A stretch of DNA of 49,625 nucleotides, taken from positions 1-49,625 of the forward strand of contig MQRK01246887.1 in NCBI GenBank assembly GCA_001938485.1. The letters run 5' to 3'. Each line of letters begins with the position of its first letter. Within the stretch, counting starts at the first letter, position 1. A program made the position numbers and the translations under genes. Source of the stretch: Girardia tigrina. Its lineage: Eukaryota. Under the pieces are notes generated by a model. That model was not told the origin of the DNA and did no database searches. It worked only from the letters and a program-made list of their open reading frames with translations. Positions 12,957-27,118 of this stretch are shown here, piece by piece.

Positions 12957-13479
12957 TACCTTTCCAAATGCAAATATTGGATCATTAGAATAAACTCACA
13001 TTTCTTTAAGCTTATTCCTCTAATTCATGATGGATTTTTATTTTACCAATGTCGCTTTCAGTTTTCATTATGGTTTCTTTTTACTTTATCTTAATTCCTT
13101 TGAATATGACAGAACTTTTCAGAAATTCATCTAATCTTTACATGGATACATCAAGCATATTTGTATCTCTAATGCTTGAAGTTGCTTCTTTTGTAGGTCA
13201 CCAGTTTAAAACATTAAAATAATTTTTAAAACATTTATTATCATTACAATTCAAACTGCCTTTACAACAATTTTCATTTATTTCTTCCCTATTTGACATC
13301 AATTTTTATTGTTTTATTAATTTTTAATAACACATTGAATAAAATATATTAGTTTTAACAATATAACTTATTACTTTTATTAGTTTTATATTTAATAAAT
13401 TTAAAGATAATAAAAATTTTCAAAAAAAATGTTGATGTTAATATGTAAAAACAAAAGCATTCCATTTGTTAAATAAACA

Positions 13480-13930
13480 TATTTTTTACGACAATTAATT
13501 TCGACGGTATAACCGTCATCGTCAGGTCTCAAGAAAACAATGAATTTTAAATCTGCTTCTATAGGCAAGCAGTGGTTATGTCATCAATGGATTATTATGT
13601 CATCTAAACACGCTTAATAGGGTTTTCGAGAGACCCGTTTGCACATTAATCTTAAGATCTAAAGATCTGATATAAAGTGCTTCACAGGCCACCCTCTCCC
13701 AATAGTTTTTAAAACGAGAACACAGAATTTTAAAACAATTTATGTTTATAATTTCGTTCGAATTACAACTCTTTCTGTGTTCTGCAATATTACTCCGACC
13801 TACATTCCGACCATGTTCTTGAATTCTCATACACAAATGACGGGACGTCTCTCCAATGTTGTGGCATTACACCCATTACATGTAAATTTATATACGAGAT
13901 CCAAACATAATTCAAATTGGGTTGGAGATT
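13480..13930 (-). mobile_element. Penelope-like element 3' fragment (GIY-YIG endonuclease end plus pseudo-LTR)
   Basis: RIQEH..SNIAEH...C......FKIL....ER..CEALYI is typical of the PLE GIY-YIG domain. A hammerhead motif follows. Confidence 0.85.
13490..13528 (-). ncRNA. Minimal type I hammerhead ribozyme (Penelope-associated)
   Basis: Minus strand: GAC-CTGACGA-T-GACGG(TTATA)CCGTC-GAAA-TTAA-TT-GTC. It has the conserved core, a 5-bp stem II, a palindromic stem III (ATTAAT) and stem I GAC/GTC. Confidence 0.8.
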
Positions 13931-14492
13931 TATTACAAAATGTATTTTTGATTTTATATGTTTGTGATATTATTTTTAAATTAAAGGCATTATTTACACA
14001 TTTAAATATGTAAGTTTACACATTTATAATATTTAAGTTTATTAGTTTTAATATTATTAAGATATAATTGTAATATGTTTACTTAATTAGCTTTTCATTT
14101 TTGTTAAAATAATAGAAATTTTAAATTATTCCAAATATGAAGCTACAATACGTATTGGGAGGAGACCATTCTAAAAAACAAAAATAATATAACAACCAAA
14201 CCTTTAAAAATATTCTTTTCAATATGAATAACTTTTCATCTGATCTTTTTACAATAATTTAAAAATTTCTTTCCTTTATATTATAACTATATTCGTTTTT
14301 ATTCTCTAATTATACATTTAGACTTTAGGAATGACAATTTTAATTATAAATTAAATCTCAAATTCTGTCGTGAACTTAATATTTGAATTAATTGAAATTC
14401 ATGAAATTCTAAAATCATAGTCAAGACAAAAAGTTGGTAAAATATTTCCTGATTAATGACCAGGTTTAAATTAAATACCAAAAAAATATTTT

Positions 14493-14659
14493 NNNNNNNN
14501 NNNNNNNNNNNNNNNNNNNNNNNNNNNNNNNNNNNNNNNNNNNNNNNNNNNNNNNNNNNNNNNNNNNNNNNNNNNNNNNNNNNNNNNNNNNNNNNNNNNN
14601 NNNNNNNNNNNNNNNNNNNNNNNNNNNNNNNNNNNNNNNNNNNNNNNNNNNNNNNNNNN
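14493..14659. other. Assembly gap (N run)
   Basis: 167 Ns. Confidence 1.
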
Positions 14660-15235
14660 TATTTAAAAAATAAAATCTTTACATATTTTCATTTATTATT
14701 TCATTATGTTTTAACGTTTCTGATTTACATGTTTATTATTGAAATTATTAATTATCTTAATTACTATTATTAATTAATTTAAAAATACTTACAAATGTGT
14801 TCATAAAAATGATTTAATGATATTTTTTAGCATTACCCAAAAGAAGTATATCTAATCCAAAAAGAAAAAAAACATAAATCTTTGTTTCTAGTAAAAATAG
14901 AAAAACATATTATTTTATATTAACATTATATAAATGTTGAAAGAGAATTTCTTTTTCCTAAATTTTTACATTACTCAAATATGTAGTTTTATGAAAAAAA
15001 GTTTCTAAATTTTCTTTGTAAATATTATCTTTATGGTCAGTATTTTATCCTTCTTAAAAGTATTATATAAATACAATACATGATAATGGAGGATTAAAAT
15101 AAATATAAATATAAATATCAAATTTAACTACTGTAAATTCTACATTAATTTTTAATTAATTAAAGGAATTATAATGACGCTTCTAGCAGAGTTTGACAGA
15201 TAATTAACTGTAAATTATATTAAATTATAATTTAA

Positions 15236-15281
<46 letters not shown>

Positions 15282-16165
15282 TTTTTGTGGTAATTTAAAT
15301 TAAATATAAATTGTTATTTTTTTATTAAATGTGAATGTTTACTTTACAATTTTTATTAAATTTTATTCATTATTCTTATTAATTATTATAATAATTTTAT
15401 TACTTTTTTTATGATTTTTGAATTTATTTTATAAATTAATTAATAATTAGGGGGGTTTTAAGTTTCTGGCGTCAATAAATAACCATTATTTGTTAATTAT
15501 TTACTAATAGTTTTCGTGATTATTAATATTTAACATTAATTTTAATAAGTTTTATACTTCTTGGCGTCAAAAGATTCTATTCTTTTTATGAAGAAGTTTG
15601 AATTTTATTTTTTGTAAAGCCATCTTAATTTCAATTTTAAAGAAACATTTTCCTATTTGTAAATTTATTCGAAATATTTTTACGAAATTAAGAAAATATT
15701 AATTGTACATTTTGAGCTATTATTTCGTTTATACGCAGGAGCCTTATTTGTCGGAATTAATTTTATTAAGAATAATTTTGAACACAATGTAAAACTTTAT
15801 AGTTATATATATATATATATACATATATATAATATTAATTTTTCAACTTCATTTATTTATTTAAACACGTGGTTTGATTACATTATTAACAGTTTATTTT
15901 TTTTTAAACTTTATAAAAAGATATTCGTTAAACAAAGTTTTCCTAGTGGAAGTTTGCCTAATGAAAGACATTATTTATACGTGGCTACAAAATTCTGTTT
16001 GATGTTTGTGCATATGATAGAAGGAAAGCTGATCTTGCCAATGTAATAGTAATATCATTAATGTAATATCATTACGGCACGTTGATCCTTTGTTAGAAAA
16101 CATTTGTCTTCTACCGAAAAACATAATAAACTAAACGTAAAAGGTGTTCCTGATAAAAATATGTC

Positions 16166-16634
16166 AGTGAGGAAAATTTTAAATAGTGTTTATTGCATGT
16201 AGTTGCAGGATTGTGTTTCTCCCACCCAGATGGAAGATTGATATCTTAAATATTTTAAATCGTCGAATTATTTATTCACTTTTGAAATTTCAATAACTAA
16301 CTTTAAAATTAAATTAATATATCATAAATAATATATCTAAAATATTTTTAAAATAATTCAAATTATTTTTGTAATTTAAATTATAAATTATTTTAAAATC
16401 AAAAAAGTAAATAAATTGTAATTTAAATTTGTTTAAATAGTAAGACTTTTAGGAATAGAATTAAATTTACCAATAAAGAACGATCACTAGCGACAAAGGT
16501 TTTATAGAGAATTGACCTAGTGACGATTCAAGTTGTGATACAAATAAATGTATTAAAAATCCAATTAGTGATCTTAGTAATGCCAATAAGAGAATTAATT
16601 ATACTAAAATCATTTCGTAATGGATTTGATCACA
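16166..16634 (+). repeat. Solo LTR-like repeat
   Basis: Begins (A)GTGAGG, has TCTCC-CACC-CAGATGG at 16218-16233 and a 3' block TCCAATTAGTGATCTTAGTAAT like the other copies, and ends TCACA. Confidence 0.55.
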
Positions 16635-18576
16635 AGTTTTTGTATCGAAAGGGGTGTACAAATATCAAATACAAATTTTATTAAATAAGAAACTTTTATA
16701 ATTCAACTTGTGATCCAGTGAGAAGTTGTATTAACTATGAGTACATTTTTTTTCTAAAATTGGCCTCTTAATATTAAAATTTTATTATTGGGTTATTTTC
16801 TTTTCTTGTAAAAAAATATAGAATACGGCAATATACTAATTTTGAATAACATATATTTTCTTAATTTTTTTACTAAATTAGATAATTTAAATTTTTCATA
16901 TTTTGACTTTCAATTTTTATTATTTACAAATTGACTTTTTTTAAAATTTTTTGTGATATTCTAGAAGAATAAAATAAGTCTTGCAAATTTTATTTACAAA
17001 AACAACTCTGTTACCGACTTTTGACGATTAAAACAAATGACATTTTATTTATCCCACATTTTTATTAAATCTATTTTATTCATTCAGTATTTAACGTTAT
17101 TTTTATTTGATTTTCCAAAAATTAAAATTTTATTTAAAATTTATAACACCTTAAAAACTGATAAAATCTCATTAATAATAATATAAACCTCGGTTTGATA
17201 TTGAGTAATTATATGATGGGAATGAATCTTTGCTCTGGAGCTGAGAGCAGACGTAAAACAGGAAAAGTCAATTATATTTTATATGTAACAACTAAATATA
17301 AATAATTTTAAAAAGATAATATTTAGACTCAAGAAAATTTTTTAGATGATTTGTGGTTCAGAATTTCAAATATCTTTATTATAATTAATTTACTTATTAA
17401 TATTTCTGTAATGGAAAATGAGAGTGAGTGGATCTCTATCTTCCATTAACAAAATAAATTAAATAACACAAAATAATCTGAAGTTTATTGTTTAGAATGA
17501 TCAAGATAAGGTTGTTTCAAGAGAGTTGATACTAGTGATATGAAATAAATAGATTGTTTTCCAGAGTCCCATATCAGTAATAAGTATATTTCTGTACCAG
17601 TTAAAATGTGTTAACTGAAATTATCAACATGAGATTTGCTGAACAAATGTTGATTCCATGTTTAGACCGCTGCTAAACATTCATCGGGTGAAATTCACTA
17701 TGCGAGTGGTTTAGTTGTCGGTAGTTTGATGGAAATTCGTCGGCGTGAGTGCCATGTGAGACCAATTTCCAGTACCGACTAAACCTGAAAACCCGATAAA
17801 TGATTAGTGATCCGGTTGGATGCGTCGCAGCTAATGTTATGGAAATCGATTTGTTGATTTTCTCCATGTGATAAAATTCTGCTGACATTGAGTGGTACCA
17901 TGTACTTACGAACTAGTTTGGGACGGTAAAAATCTATTATGTGATCGCATTGTGATACATGTAACAACATACATAAAAATGACATCGTCGTGCTTTAAAC
18001 AAAACATACTAGTTACAGGAAATGAAAAACTGAATTATTAATTTAAACTCTTGATAAAAGTTACACACAAAAATTCGAATTATCGATAAGACAGTTAAAA
18101 ATAATCATAATAAACCGTGGCTTATGATATTTGGGAGGTAGACAAACGATTCTTTGATGGTTATGGTATAACAGGGTGTTATAACAATGAATTCCGACGA
18201 TAGAAATGTCAAGATAAATTAGAATTTCCTCTTTGAATTAGATGAGTTCTGGTGGATTGCGTCCCGATACACGAACCAATTTCCTCGAATACTGCAACCA
18301 ATGTGTTTCGAATCTGAGGATCTCCAACGTTGGATTTCGGATAACAACTCGTCGAATTTAATTAATCATCCAGCGAATTTAATTGCATTGATGTTTTCAA
18401 TTCATCAATTATTTTATTAATTTTTACATATATTAATATATATATATACACATAAATATATATACATATATATATATATATATATTTCGAAAATATAATT
18501 TGATTAAAGCTTTTTTAATACAACTATTGGACATGTTTCGATTTTTAAAAAAATCATCATCAGCAATTTTCTATTG

Positions 18577-18669
18577 NNNNNNNNNNNNNNNNNNNNNNNN
18601 NNNNNNNNNNNNNNNNNNNNNNNNNNNNNNNNNNNNNNNNNNNNNNNNNNNNNNNNNNNNNNNNNNNNN
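18577..18669. other. Assembly gap (N run) adjacent to (TA)n
   Basis: 93 Ns. Confidence 1.
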
Positions 18670-18712
<43 letters not shown>

Positions 18713-18942
18713 TTAAAATGTAGGATCACAACAATTTCTATTTTACAACCTTCAATTTAATGTATAAATTCAAATTTTCATCTTTGATTAGAATCTTTCT
18801 ATTTTTTTGAAAGACTCAAAATCCCTTTGAAGTAAAAAATCAATTATTTTTATTTTCACTTGTATGTATGCATATTATTTATGTGTATATATATATATAT
18901 ATAATAACGCTAATTAAAATTAATTAAAAATATAATTAACTT

Positions 18943-19650
18943 ATGTGGTGCAACCAATAAGTTGTGATACTAATATATAAATAATAATAGTAAACAAAAT
19001 TGATACAGAAATATTTAAACTTCAATATATACAAGTTAAAAAATGTATTTTGTTTTAATAATCCATTGTTGTTTAAGTCAATTTTTGTAAATATTCGAAA
19101 ATGCCACTAGAAAATATTTAATAATTACTTAGCGTTACTTGTTTTGTCTTTCTTAAAGGGAAAAATAGAGAAGAGTTTCTTTCTGAACTGAAAGCTGTTT
19201 ACCACCAGACTGCCCATCCACATAAATTGCTTCAATTTCTTTCAGAGTGGTAGAACCTCCGTGGTTGACAAAGAAAAATCTGGAAGACCCTCAGAAATTG
19301 ATGAAAAAATAACATAGAAGCTGCAAATAATCGTGCAAAATAAGAGAAAAATAACGAAGACAAACACCAAAACCAGTCTAAATTTGAGCAAAGGTACTGT
19401 GCATACTTTCCTTACTAAAAGTGATATTCGAAAACATTGATCTAATTTTGTTCACACTTCTTTACAGTAGACACGCGATGATGTTTGGAATGCCGCTTAG
19501 AGAATCTGCAGATAAGGACCAATGTGGAAAACCCATTCATTGATATTATTATCACTGTAGGTGAGACGCAATTGTCCATTTATGTCTCTGAATATAAAAG
19601 AGAGTTGCAAGAAGAGATATGCCAGGAGAAAGCAGCTCACTGAATATGCT
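18943..19650 (+). mobile_element. Degenerate mariner 5' half
   Basis: TIR-like TGTGGTGCAACCAATAAGTT, then FQSGRTSVVDKEKSGRPSEID and IITVGET..IYVSEYKRE motifs. Truncated next to an LTR-like repeat. Confidence 0.75.
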
Positions 19651-19659
19651 GTCCAAGAA

Positions 19660-20010
19660 TATGCAAGTATATTAGAAAAATTCTTCTAAATCTTTTTTAA
19701 AATATTAAATTTCTAAAAATATTAAGTAAAAATAATAATTTTAACAATAAGAAATAATAAAAATTGTAATAATTAGTTAAAAAAGAATTTAATTTAAATT
19801 TTATTAGTTTTATTGATATCTAATAAAATACTATTTTTTTAAAAAAAAGATTGCTAATTCTAAAATTATAAACTTATCAAATTATTATTTTAATTATGTT
19901 CGAATAGTCAATCACTGTTAATACAAAATACCAGTTTCCATCTGGGTGGGAGAATCACAATTCTAAGTTCAACATACTTACATCAACATACAGCGTCAAT
20001 ACATTTACAC
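19660..20010 (-). repeat. Solo LTR-like repeat (minus)
   Basis: CCATCTGGGTGGGAGAATCACAA at 19938-19960, next to an AT-rich body as in the other copies. Boundaries are approximate. Confidence 0.45.
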
Positions 20011-20216
20011 ATTCAAACAATTTAAAGTAAAGTAGTTTACTTTCCTAAGCTTTTCTTGTAATTTTTCAGTAAGTAATTTAATGTAAATATTAAAAATAAA
20101 ATATAATTTAAATGAAAAAGATTTATCATATCAATAATGATGTTATTTAAATAATAAAGATTGAATATATTTTGTAAAATATTTAAATAATAATCTCTTG
20201 AAATTACGAATTTTAA

Positions 20217-20255
<39 letters not shown>

Positions 20256-20801
20256 ATGGAACTTAATTTAAAATTTTTTTTAATTTTTAATTTTTCATGA
20301 GCTCATTAGGATTTTTCGATTTAAACTTACATTTTGCTTATTTCATCTACTTATTTATTCTCTATTAAATAATTTGATGCTGAAAGTAAACATTTTATTT
20401 CTTGAGTAATAATATTGTATTAAAAATAAATTTTAATTAAATTAAGAAAAAATATTTTTTTTAAATAAGATATTGAAAATTTTGTTTTTAATTCTAATTT
20501 ATTATTTTGACTTTAATAAGTAAAAAAATTTTATTTTCAAAAATTAAATAAGTAAAAAAATTATAATGATTTTTTATAATAATCTACTTTTAATACAAAA
20601 CTTTGAATTCACTAAATGGTAATGAAAAAAATAATCTTTTATTTTCTATAAAAGGAGAATAATTTTAAAATTTGAGCTTATATACATTATAATATAATTT
20701 TCAAAACAATTTTTAAAAATTTTATAGAACTGAAAGATTATCCTCATTATATTGAAGTAATGAATAAAGTCAGTCGTGGGTTTAAAAATTGTTAACTTTA
20801 A

Positions 20802-21600
20802 CACTAGTCAGTCAAAACTTAAGTAGGAAGTTCAAACATTTTGGACAGTTTTTTCCTTGCTAAAAGTTTTAACAGTTAAAATAATTACTTCTTGTATTAG
20901 TGTATCTGGAAAAACATGTTGGAATTTATTTATTCAGACTTCATTTAATTTGTCATAATAATGAACAAAAGATCCCTTAAAATTAACTACTTTTTAAATT
21001 TTTTTTTCAAAAAAGAGACGAAGGATGTTCATGGTCAAGAAAAGGTTAAAAATAAAAATAGTACATTCAGAAAGATAAAGTCACAACAGGTTCCCTATTA
21101 GCGCTTTCGTTGGTATAATATTTTATGAAGTTCTTCTGGATAAAATCGATTTATACCCTTGGAAAGAAATATACTGCACTATAGATATCTACATTATATT
21201 TTTTTTGGTTTCCAGAAATGAAACTCGATGGAACAATTCTTAAAAATCATACTCATATTAAATTTCCTACAAAATTGGAAGTAAACTTTCTTTTCTAGAC
21301 ATTCGTGTCACAAAGATAAATATCAAACTAAATTTTACAAAAGAACCACAGATACTCGTCTCCACAAAAACGAAAAAGATTTTTTGAGGAATAATATTCA
21401 GACAGTATAAAAGATACAGAGTTTAAAATTTCTCTTCCAGAAATCGCAGATTATAATTTCAATATTTTTACAGGGTGCTCGAGGAGCAACATGTAAACAA
21501 ACAAATAAATAAATCACGAAATTTGGAATACGCTTGTACAAATTATGTACTCAAATCTGGGTTAAGAAAAAATTGAAAGAAGAAAACGTTGAAAAGTAAA
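20802..21600 (+). mobile_element. Degenerate piggyBac transposase remnant
   Basis: TTAA|CACTAG-type end and a KFGIRLYKLCT motif at ~21519-21551. Confidence 0.6.
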
Positions 21601-22569
21601 ATCAAATCATCAAAATACCATCTTGAAAAAAAACTCAAGAAAGTCCAGATTAGTGAGTCCATCGATTATGGTTTTGAGCATTGGGAAAAGAATTTCTTCT
21701 GATTCAAAGCAACAGTTTTCTGTTTTACAGAAGAATCTTAAATCAAATTTTGAGCCACAGTTCTGTGATTCACCACAGCCAATAATTAATATTCAAAATT
21801 GACTAAGTAAGGCTGTCTTAAAATCTTAAAATAAATAAATAAATTTTCAATAAAATTTCGAAAAAATAAAGTTAATTCTAACTTATAAAAGCAAAATATA
21901 TATTGGAGTCGATATTCAAATATTTTAAAAGTTATAATTAGCAAGTAAAAATTTTACAAACTAATAAGGAAGTATGAAACTTTGAAACATGTTTAATGAT
22001 CAATTTCTTAAGATCTAAATTAAACAAAATAATTTAAAAAACAAAATAGTAAACTAAAAGCAATTAAAATTGTTAATAATAAAAAAGGCACAAGAGAAAT
22101 GATATTTATATTAAAATTTTAATCATTAATCTGTGTAAAAAAGAAATAATATTTTAATAAATATTTAATTTAATTTTTAATGAATTATGAATTTATTGAT
22201 GTGAGAAAGTTGTCTCTGACATTTTGGTTTATTATATTCTCCCGGAGACATTTAATGTTTCTGTTATTAATGAATTCGTTGAAATTAAATATTAACTATG
22301 TAAAAATTATTTCATTAATTAAATGAAAATTTACAGTCTGATTTTTATTATAAAACATGTTTTTTAAAAGTAAAATATAAAATAAATGTTTTTCTAAAAA
22401 TATAATATTGACAGAAATTCCATTTGCATGGGTACATTCAAGTTTGGAAGATTGTGCAAACGAGAGTAGTAGCAACATCACAATCTGCATGAACACTTAT
22501 TAACAACACAAACAGACTCATTTACAGTAGCACAATCTGCGGAAAGAATCGTTCTTAATTAATGTTTTT

Positions 22570-22899
22570 TTGTGTCAATATTCAAATCTTTGAATGATGA
22601 ATGAGATATAAATAATAATAACTTTTAATTTATCAAAATTTTATTGGATAAAATGCATTAAGTAAATTATAAAATAAACATTAGTTTTTAAATTATATTA
22701 ATTTCAATAAGGTGTTTACTCAAAAATATTAGTCATATTTTTAATTTTAAATCTTTTAACTAATTAGTATATAACCATTAATCTCATTAAATTAATTTAA
22801 TTAAATTTAAATAATCAATCAAATAACATATCAATCCCATCTGAGTAGGAGAGTCACCAACAAACATCAAACTTACAACATTGCGAATTTTCCCTCACA
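22570..22899 (-). repeat. Solo LTR-like repeat (minus)
   Basis: The reverse complement begins TGTGAGG (22899) like the LTR at 389 and carries TCTCC-TACT-CAGATGG. The left boundary is approximate. Confidence 0.55.
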
Positions 22900-23539
22900 G
22901 ACATAATTCAGATTTGATTTTTTTTCTATTTCATTTTTTGAAGAAAACGCTTTTGCTACAATTTTATTTTGTAAAATATAACGTGCCTCTATTTATATCA
23001 TTTTATGCACATGTATTTTCACATAAATTAAAAAAAACAAATAAAAAATAGGTATAAAAATTAAAATAATATTTACCACTACACAAATAATGTAAAAACA
23101 TTATTTAATTCAGAATTTTCAACATTTTTCTGTTAATCTAATTGTAATATTTTTGTTTTGCATTTTAGAATTAAATTTTTTTAAAATCAATATCTATTTA
23201 TATTTGGATGAACAAGCTAAAAAGGTTATATTAGGGTGATTATTATTGATTATTTTTATTTGATTCAATAGAAAAAAAGAAACATAAGGAAGATATCCCA
23301 ATCCAAACAACAGAAATTTTATAAAACATTTGCAAAAGATAATTGCCAATAAAATTACAAAAACCACATCCAAGTACATAATATGTTGTTGTAAAATGCA
23401 GGTTTTTGATTTTTTTGGTATTTTCAGCAATGTTATACGACTAAAGCATGTATGATGTTATGAGTCATTCGAAAACTTAATTTATACTCATTCAGATATA
23501 TTTGTCTAAAATTTATTATAATTTTTCTTTGTTCATAAG

Positions 23540-24330
23540 CTTTATGTTGTCGCAAATTAGTCTTGATTCAGCCAAATAAATCATTCAAATGAGACTTGTG
23601 TGCAATAAAAGCTGTGCAGGATGGATCCCAAAATGATTAAATAACAGAACTTTGGTATTTTTCATAAACATTTAGATCGTTTTGGTAATGAACTTAAACA
23701 GAATCACATATGGAGACAAAATATGGATCCATCGTTACCAGCTGGAGAGTAAACGAAATAGTATGGAATGAAAACATCCGAATATTTCATGTGCGAATAA
23801 AATCCAAAGTATGACATCTGTATCAAAAGTGATTCTTACAGTATTTTTGGAACTTGCAATGCATAGTACCAGAACATTATCATAAAAAAGACATAAAAGA
23901 TAGTTCAAGCGACATTGATATGCTAAGTTACGAAATGAAGACTGTAATTCAAAGAAAAAAATCGAGAACTACTGAAAAAATGTTGAGTTGTTGCGCGACA
24001 ATTTTGTTCACATACTGCTGCTCACATTGTTGAAATGCTTCAATAACTATAAATTGAAACGCAAGTTTATTCTCTGCATAGTTCTGACCGTGTCCCATCG
24101 GATTTTACCTTTTTTTGTCCACAAAGTTGCATCAAGGAACGGTAGATTTATCACGGAATGCTAAAATTATCAAAAATGCTAAATTATTCACTCAACAAAA
24201 ACCCCTCCATGAATCTTGTGCAACGATTAACCAAAAGCTCTTAAAGACGGTGACTTTGTTAAAAAAATAATGCTCGAGTATATTTCTTATTCGTAATTAA
24301 ATTAAATTTTACATTAAAAATTTTATATAT
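23540..24330 (+). mobile_element. Degenerate mariner transposase remnant
   Basis: WIPK, ITYGDKIWIHRYQLESKRNSME, a DN..HTA-like motif, SDRVPSDF (YSPDLAPSDF-like) and a GDFVKK terminus. Confidence 0.8.
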
Positions 24331-25292
24331 TGAGATAAAATTTAAGAATGTGTTGGAGTTAATTAATAATAATTAATCTTTAATTTAAAATAATAAATGT
24401 AAGTAAACAAACCAATATTTGTAAAATATGATTTATTATGATTTTTAATGAATATAAATTATATTTTCCTGTTAATCTAAATATGGAATTTACGCATATG
24501 ACGAAATATTTATAAATTATTTATTTTATAACATATTATTAATTGAAATAGATATATTGTATTTTTTATTATTTATCTGAAATATATATTTTTCATTTTT
24601 ATCTTTTATTTTAAAATAGTATTCTAGTCTGAAATAATTATAGCATTATCCTAACAAATATAATTGATTCAATAATAAAACATTTTAAAATACTTATTTA
24701 TTTTATTTATTATTATACAATTTTTCTATGAAAATGAAATTACCAACAGTCGTTTTTATTAACCCAACCGACTGATAATAAAATTCATTATTTCTAGGAT
24801 GAAAATCCCAACTGACATTAATCTGAGGTACACATAAACCGTGGAGTAATTATATAAATATTATAAAAATCTATTCGAAATCAGTTGATTAATTTTAATT
24901 TGCTTGATGATAAAAAATAGCGTTAGAAATAAAAGAGTTTCTTAAATCTGAGGATGAAGTAATTCATTTATCTTAATAAAATTGTCGATTAAATTATTGT
25001 TTTTTTTGTTAGTTTTATTAAGATTCAGCAATTTTTATACAGAAATTAAATGAATATTATTTTATTAAATTTGGTGATACCGATATTCATACTTATAAAG
25101 AACTTTATAGAAGTAATAAAAAATATAAAGGTTATTTTTTTGTAAAATGCAGTTTACCTAAGTCAAATTAACATTGATAATTTTAAAATACATTACATTA
25201 AAATAGAAGTTTTCAATATGGATTGATCCTCCCGTTTCGTGTATCCTCCTTTGAAGTATGGTTTGGACTCGGTGTTAAAGACTCCAGTTTAA

Positions 25293-25527
25293 CCTTCATC
25301 CGTCCCTCGGGTCTTTTTCTACCCGAAGTGATTTTGTTTTGCAAATATATCTTAAAATATTAATACTAAATATCTGCAATTTCATGACTTTGATTTTGTT
25401 GATATAATAAACTAATTTTGAAAATGAAAAAAAATATGTTACATAAATTTTCTCTTATAAAAAAGTCTCTTATCGAAAAAGACCCTAGGGGCTTTAGTGT
25501 ACAGTCGATTTGAGGGACGGATGAAGG
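25293..25527. mobile_element. piggyBac-type MITE (235 bp)
   Basis: Perfect 16-bp TIR CCTTCATCCGTCCCTC, with TTAA on both sides. Confidence 0.92.
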
Positions 25528-26188
25528 TTAAAATCCCATTTTTCAAGTTTGTAATAAAAAACAAAATACATTTTTTCTTTAAAATAGTAAATAAAATAGT
25601 ATTTAAAATAGTAAGATTTTTTGAAAATGTTTTATTTTAGTATTAAGGCTTTTACGTCAAATTCTTTTAAATATTTTCTTATTCATTAAGTCGAGTTTTC
25701 CTATGATCTTAGCTGTAGTGTTGGAGAAACCAAAAACGAATTATTTTTTCTATTTTATAAATATTGTAACTTAAAAACACAGAAAAACAAAAATAAACTT
25801 AATATGAGAATTAGGAACTTTTTTTGGTCTCTCTATAATTGAATTTTCCTAAGATGTTGGAAACGAAAAAAAATGTAGTGGATTTTAATGAATCAATAAA
25901 CGATTATTCAAATGAGATTTTTTCAATGTTCCTTTTGTAAAACAAATATCATTTTAATATTAATAAATTGAAAAGTTTTTAATGAAAATATTTTAAGCAT
26001 TATCTAAATTTAGTTTTGAAGTTTTTATTTTATAAATTATTATGTTTATGCGATCATAATGTTTGTGATCAAGTACGAGAATCGTGAAACAAGTTTATGA
26101 AAGATTAATTGAGTATTAATGATCAGATCAAATGACGTTAATATTAAATAATTCATTTAATTACTACAGCAGTTAAGGAGTGTTTATA

Positions 26189-26417
26189 CCGTAAATTCCG
26201 GACTATAAGCCGCACTTAAAAACATGAAATGAGTCATAATTTAAGAGTTTTGGTTTAAAATCCGTTGCGGTTTATACGTTTTAATAATGTTTTTATTTGT
26301 TTTATAATGTTTATAATGTTTTTTTATATAATGTCATAGCTTATAATGTTTTTTTGGGAAAATCAGGCAATGTGCGGCTTATAATACGGTGCGCGCCTTA
26401 TAGTGCGGAAATTACGG
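26189..26417. mobile_element. pogo/Tigger-type MITE
   Basis: TIR CCGTAAATTCCGGACTATAAG / CTTATAGTGCGGAAATTACGG with TA TSD. Internal TTATAATGTTT repeats. Confidence 0.88.
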
Positions 26418-26424
26418 TAACTTG

Positions 26425-27118
26425 ATTCCCAGACAATTTGGTAATTGACAACTGGGTAATGAGACAATTGTGTTATTGGACAATATATATTCAATATCAA
26501 TTGTTGCTCACAAAATACAGATAATGTTGTTGCGTTGAGTTGTGACTGTTTATCCACAACGCTTAAATCCAAGAATAATCCAAATTTTGATCTCATTTAT
26601 AAATTAGTAAATTAAAAAAAAACAAAAATTATCATTAACAAATTCTTCATCAGCAGTAAACGCTCGGCACAAATAAAATTTTACCATTAATTCAAATCAT
26701 CATCATAAAAAAATTTTCATCTGAAACAAATTATTATCATTAAATAAAATATGTTTCTTTAAAGGAATTTCGTTTTAATAATAAAGCATTTTTCACTATG
26801 AAGTCTTCTATGACCAACAATTTTTTAATATCAATAAAATCTTATCATTTTTCTTAATTTTTTCTATCATCAATAACAAAAAACAATAATACCTTTTTAT
26901 TGATAACCAAATAACTACTGCTCCTACATTATATATAACGATTTCAAAAACAAGTGGACTAAATTAAATTAATAAGAAATAATATTAATGTAAAAAATGA
27001 AGATAAAGAACTGCTGTTTAAATAAGATAAAGAGAAACAATTGATATTCAAAATATATTTTGCCAATTACACAATTGTCCAATTACTTAATAATCCATTA
27101 CCCAATTGTTTGGTCACC
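26425..27118. mobile_element. Long-TIR non-autonomous element (Mutator-like)
   Basis: ~80-90 bp imperfect inverted termini built of ACAATTG.GTAAT repeats (26430-26510 vs 27030-27118). Confidence 0.65.

Noticed and set aside
16218-16236. CTCF site interpretation of CCACCCAGATGG
   Set aside because: The spacing differs by one base from the CTCF core, the 3' GCGC/CAG part is absent, and other copies diverge at core positions.
17600-18400. GC-richer patch, possible LINE endonuclease relic
   Set aside because: Only weak YRP and LII.GDF-like hints; too degraded to call.
14456-18760. ORFs at 14456-14773 and 18500-18760
   Set aside because: Artefacts of translating through N gaps and (TA)n.
22296-22496. 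Signal-peptide-like ORF MQIVMLLLLSFAQS
   Set aside because: Short, runs into AT-rich filler, and overlaps an alternative Cys-rich frame; no independent support.
24947-24975. Hammerhead-like CTGAGGA plus stem (also at 18314)
   Set aside because: No GAAA core after stem II.
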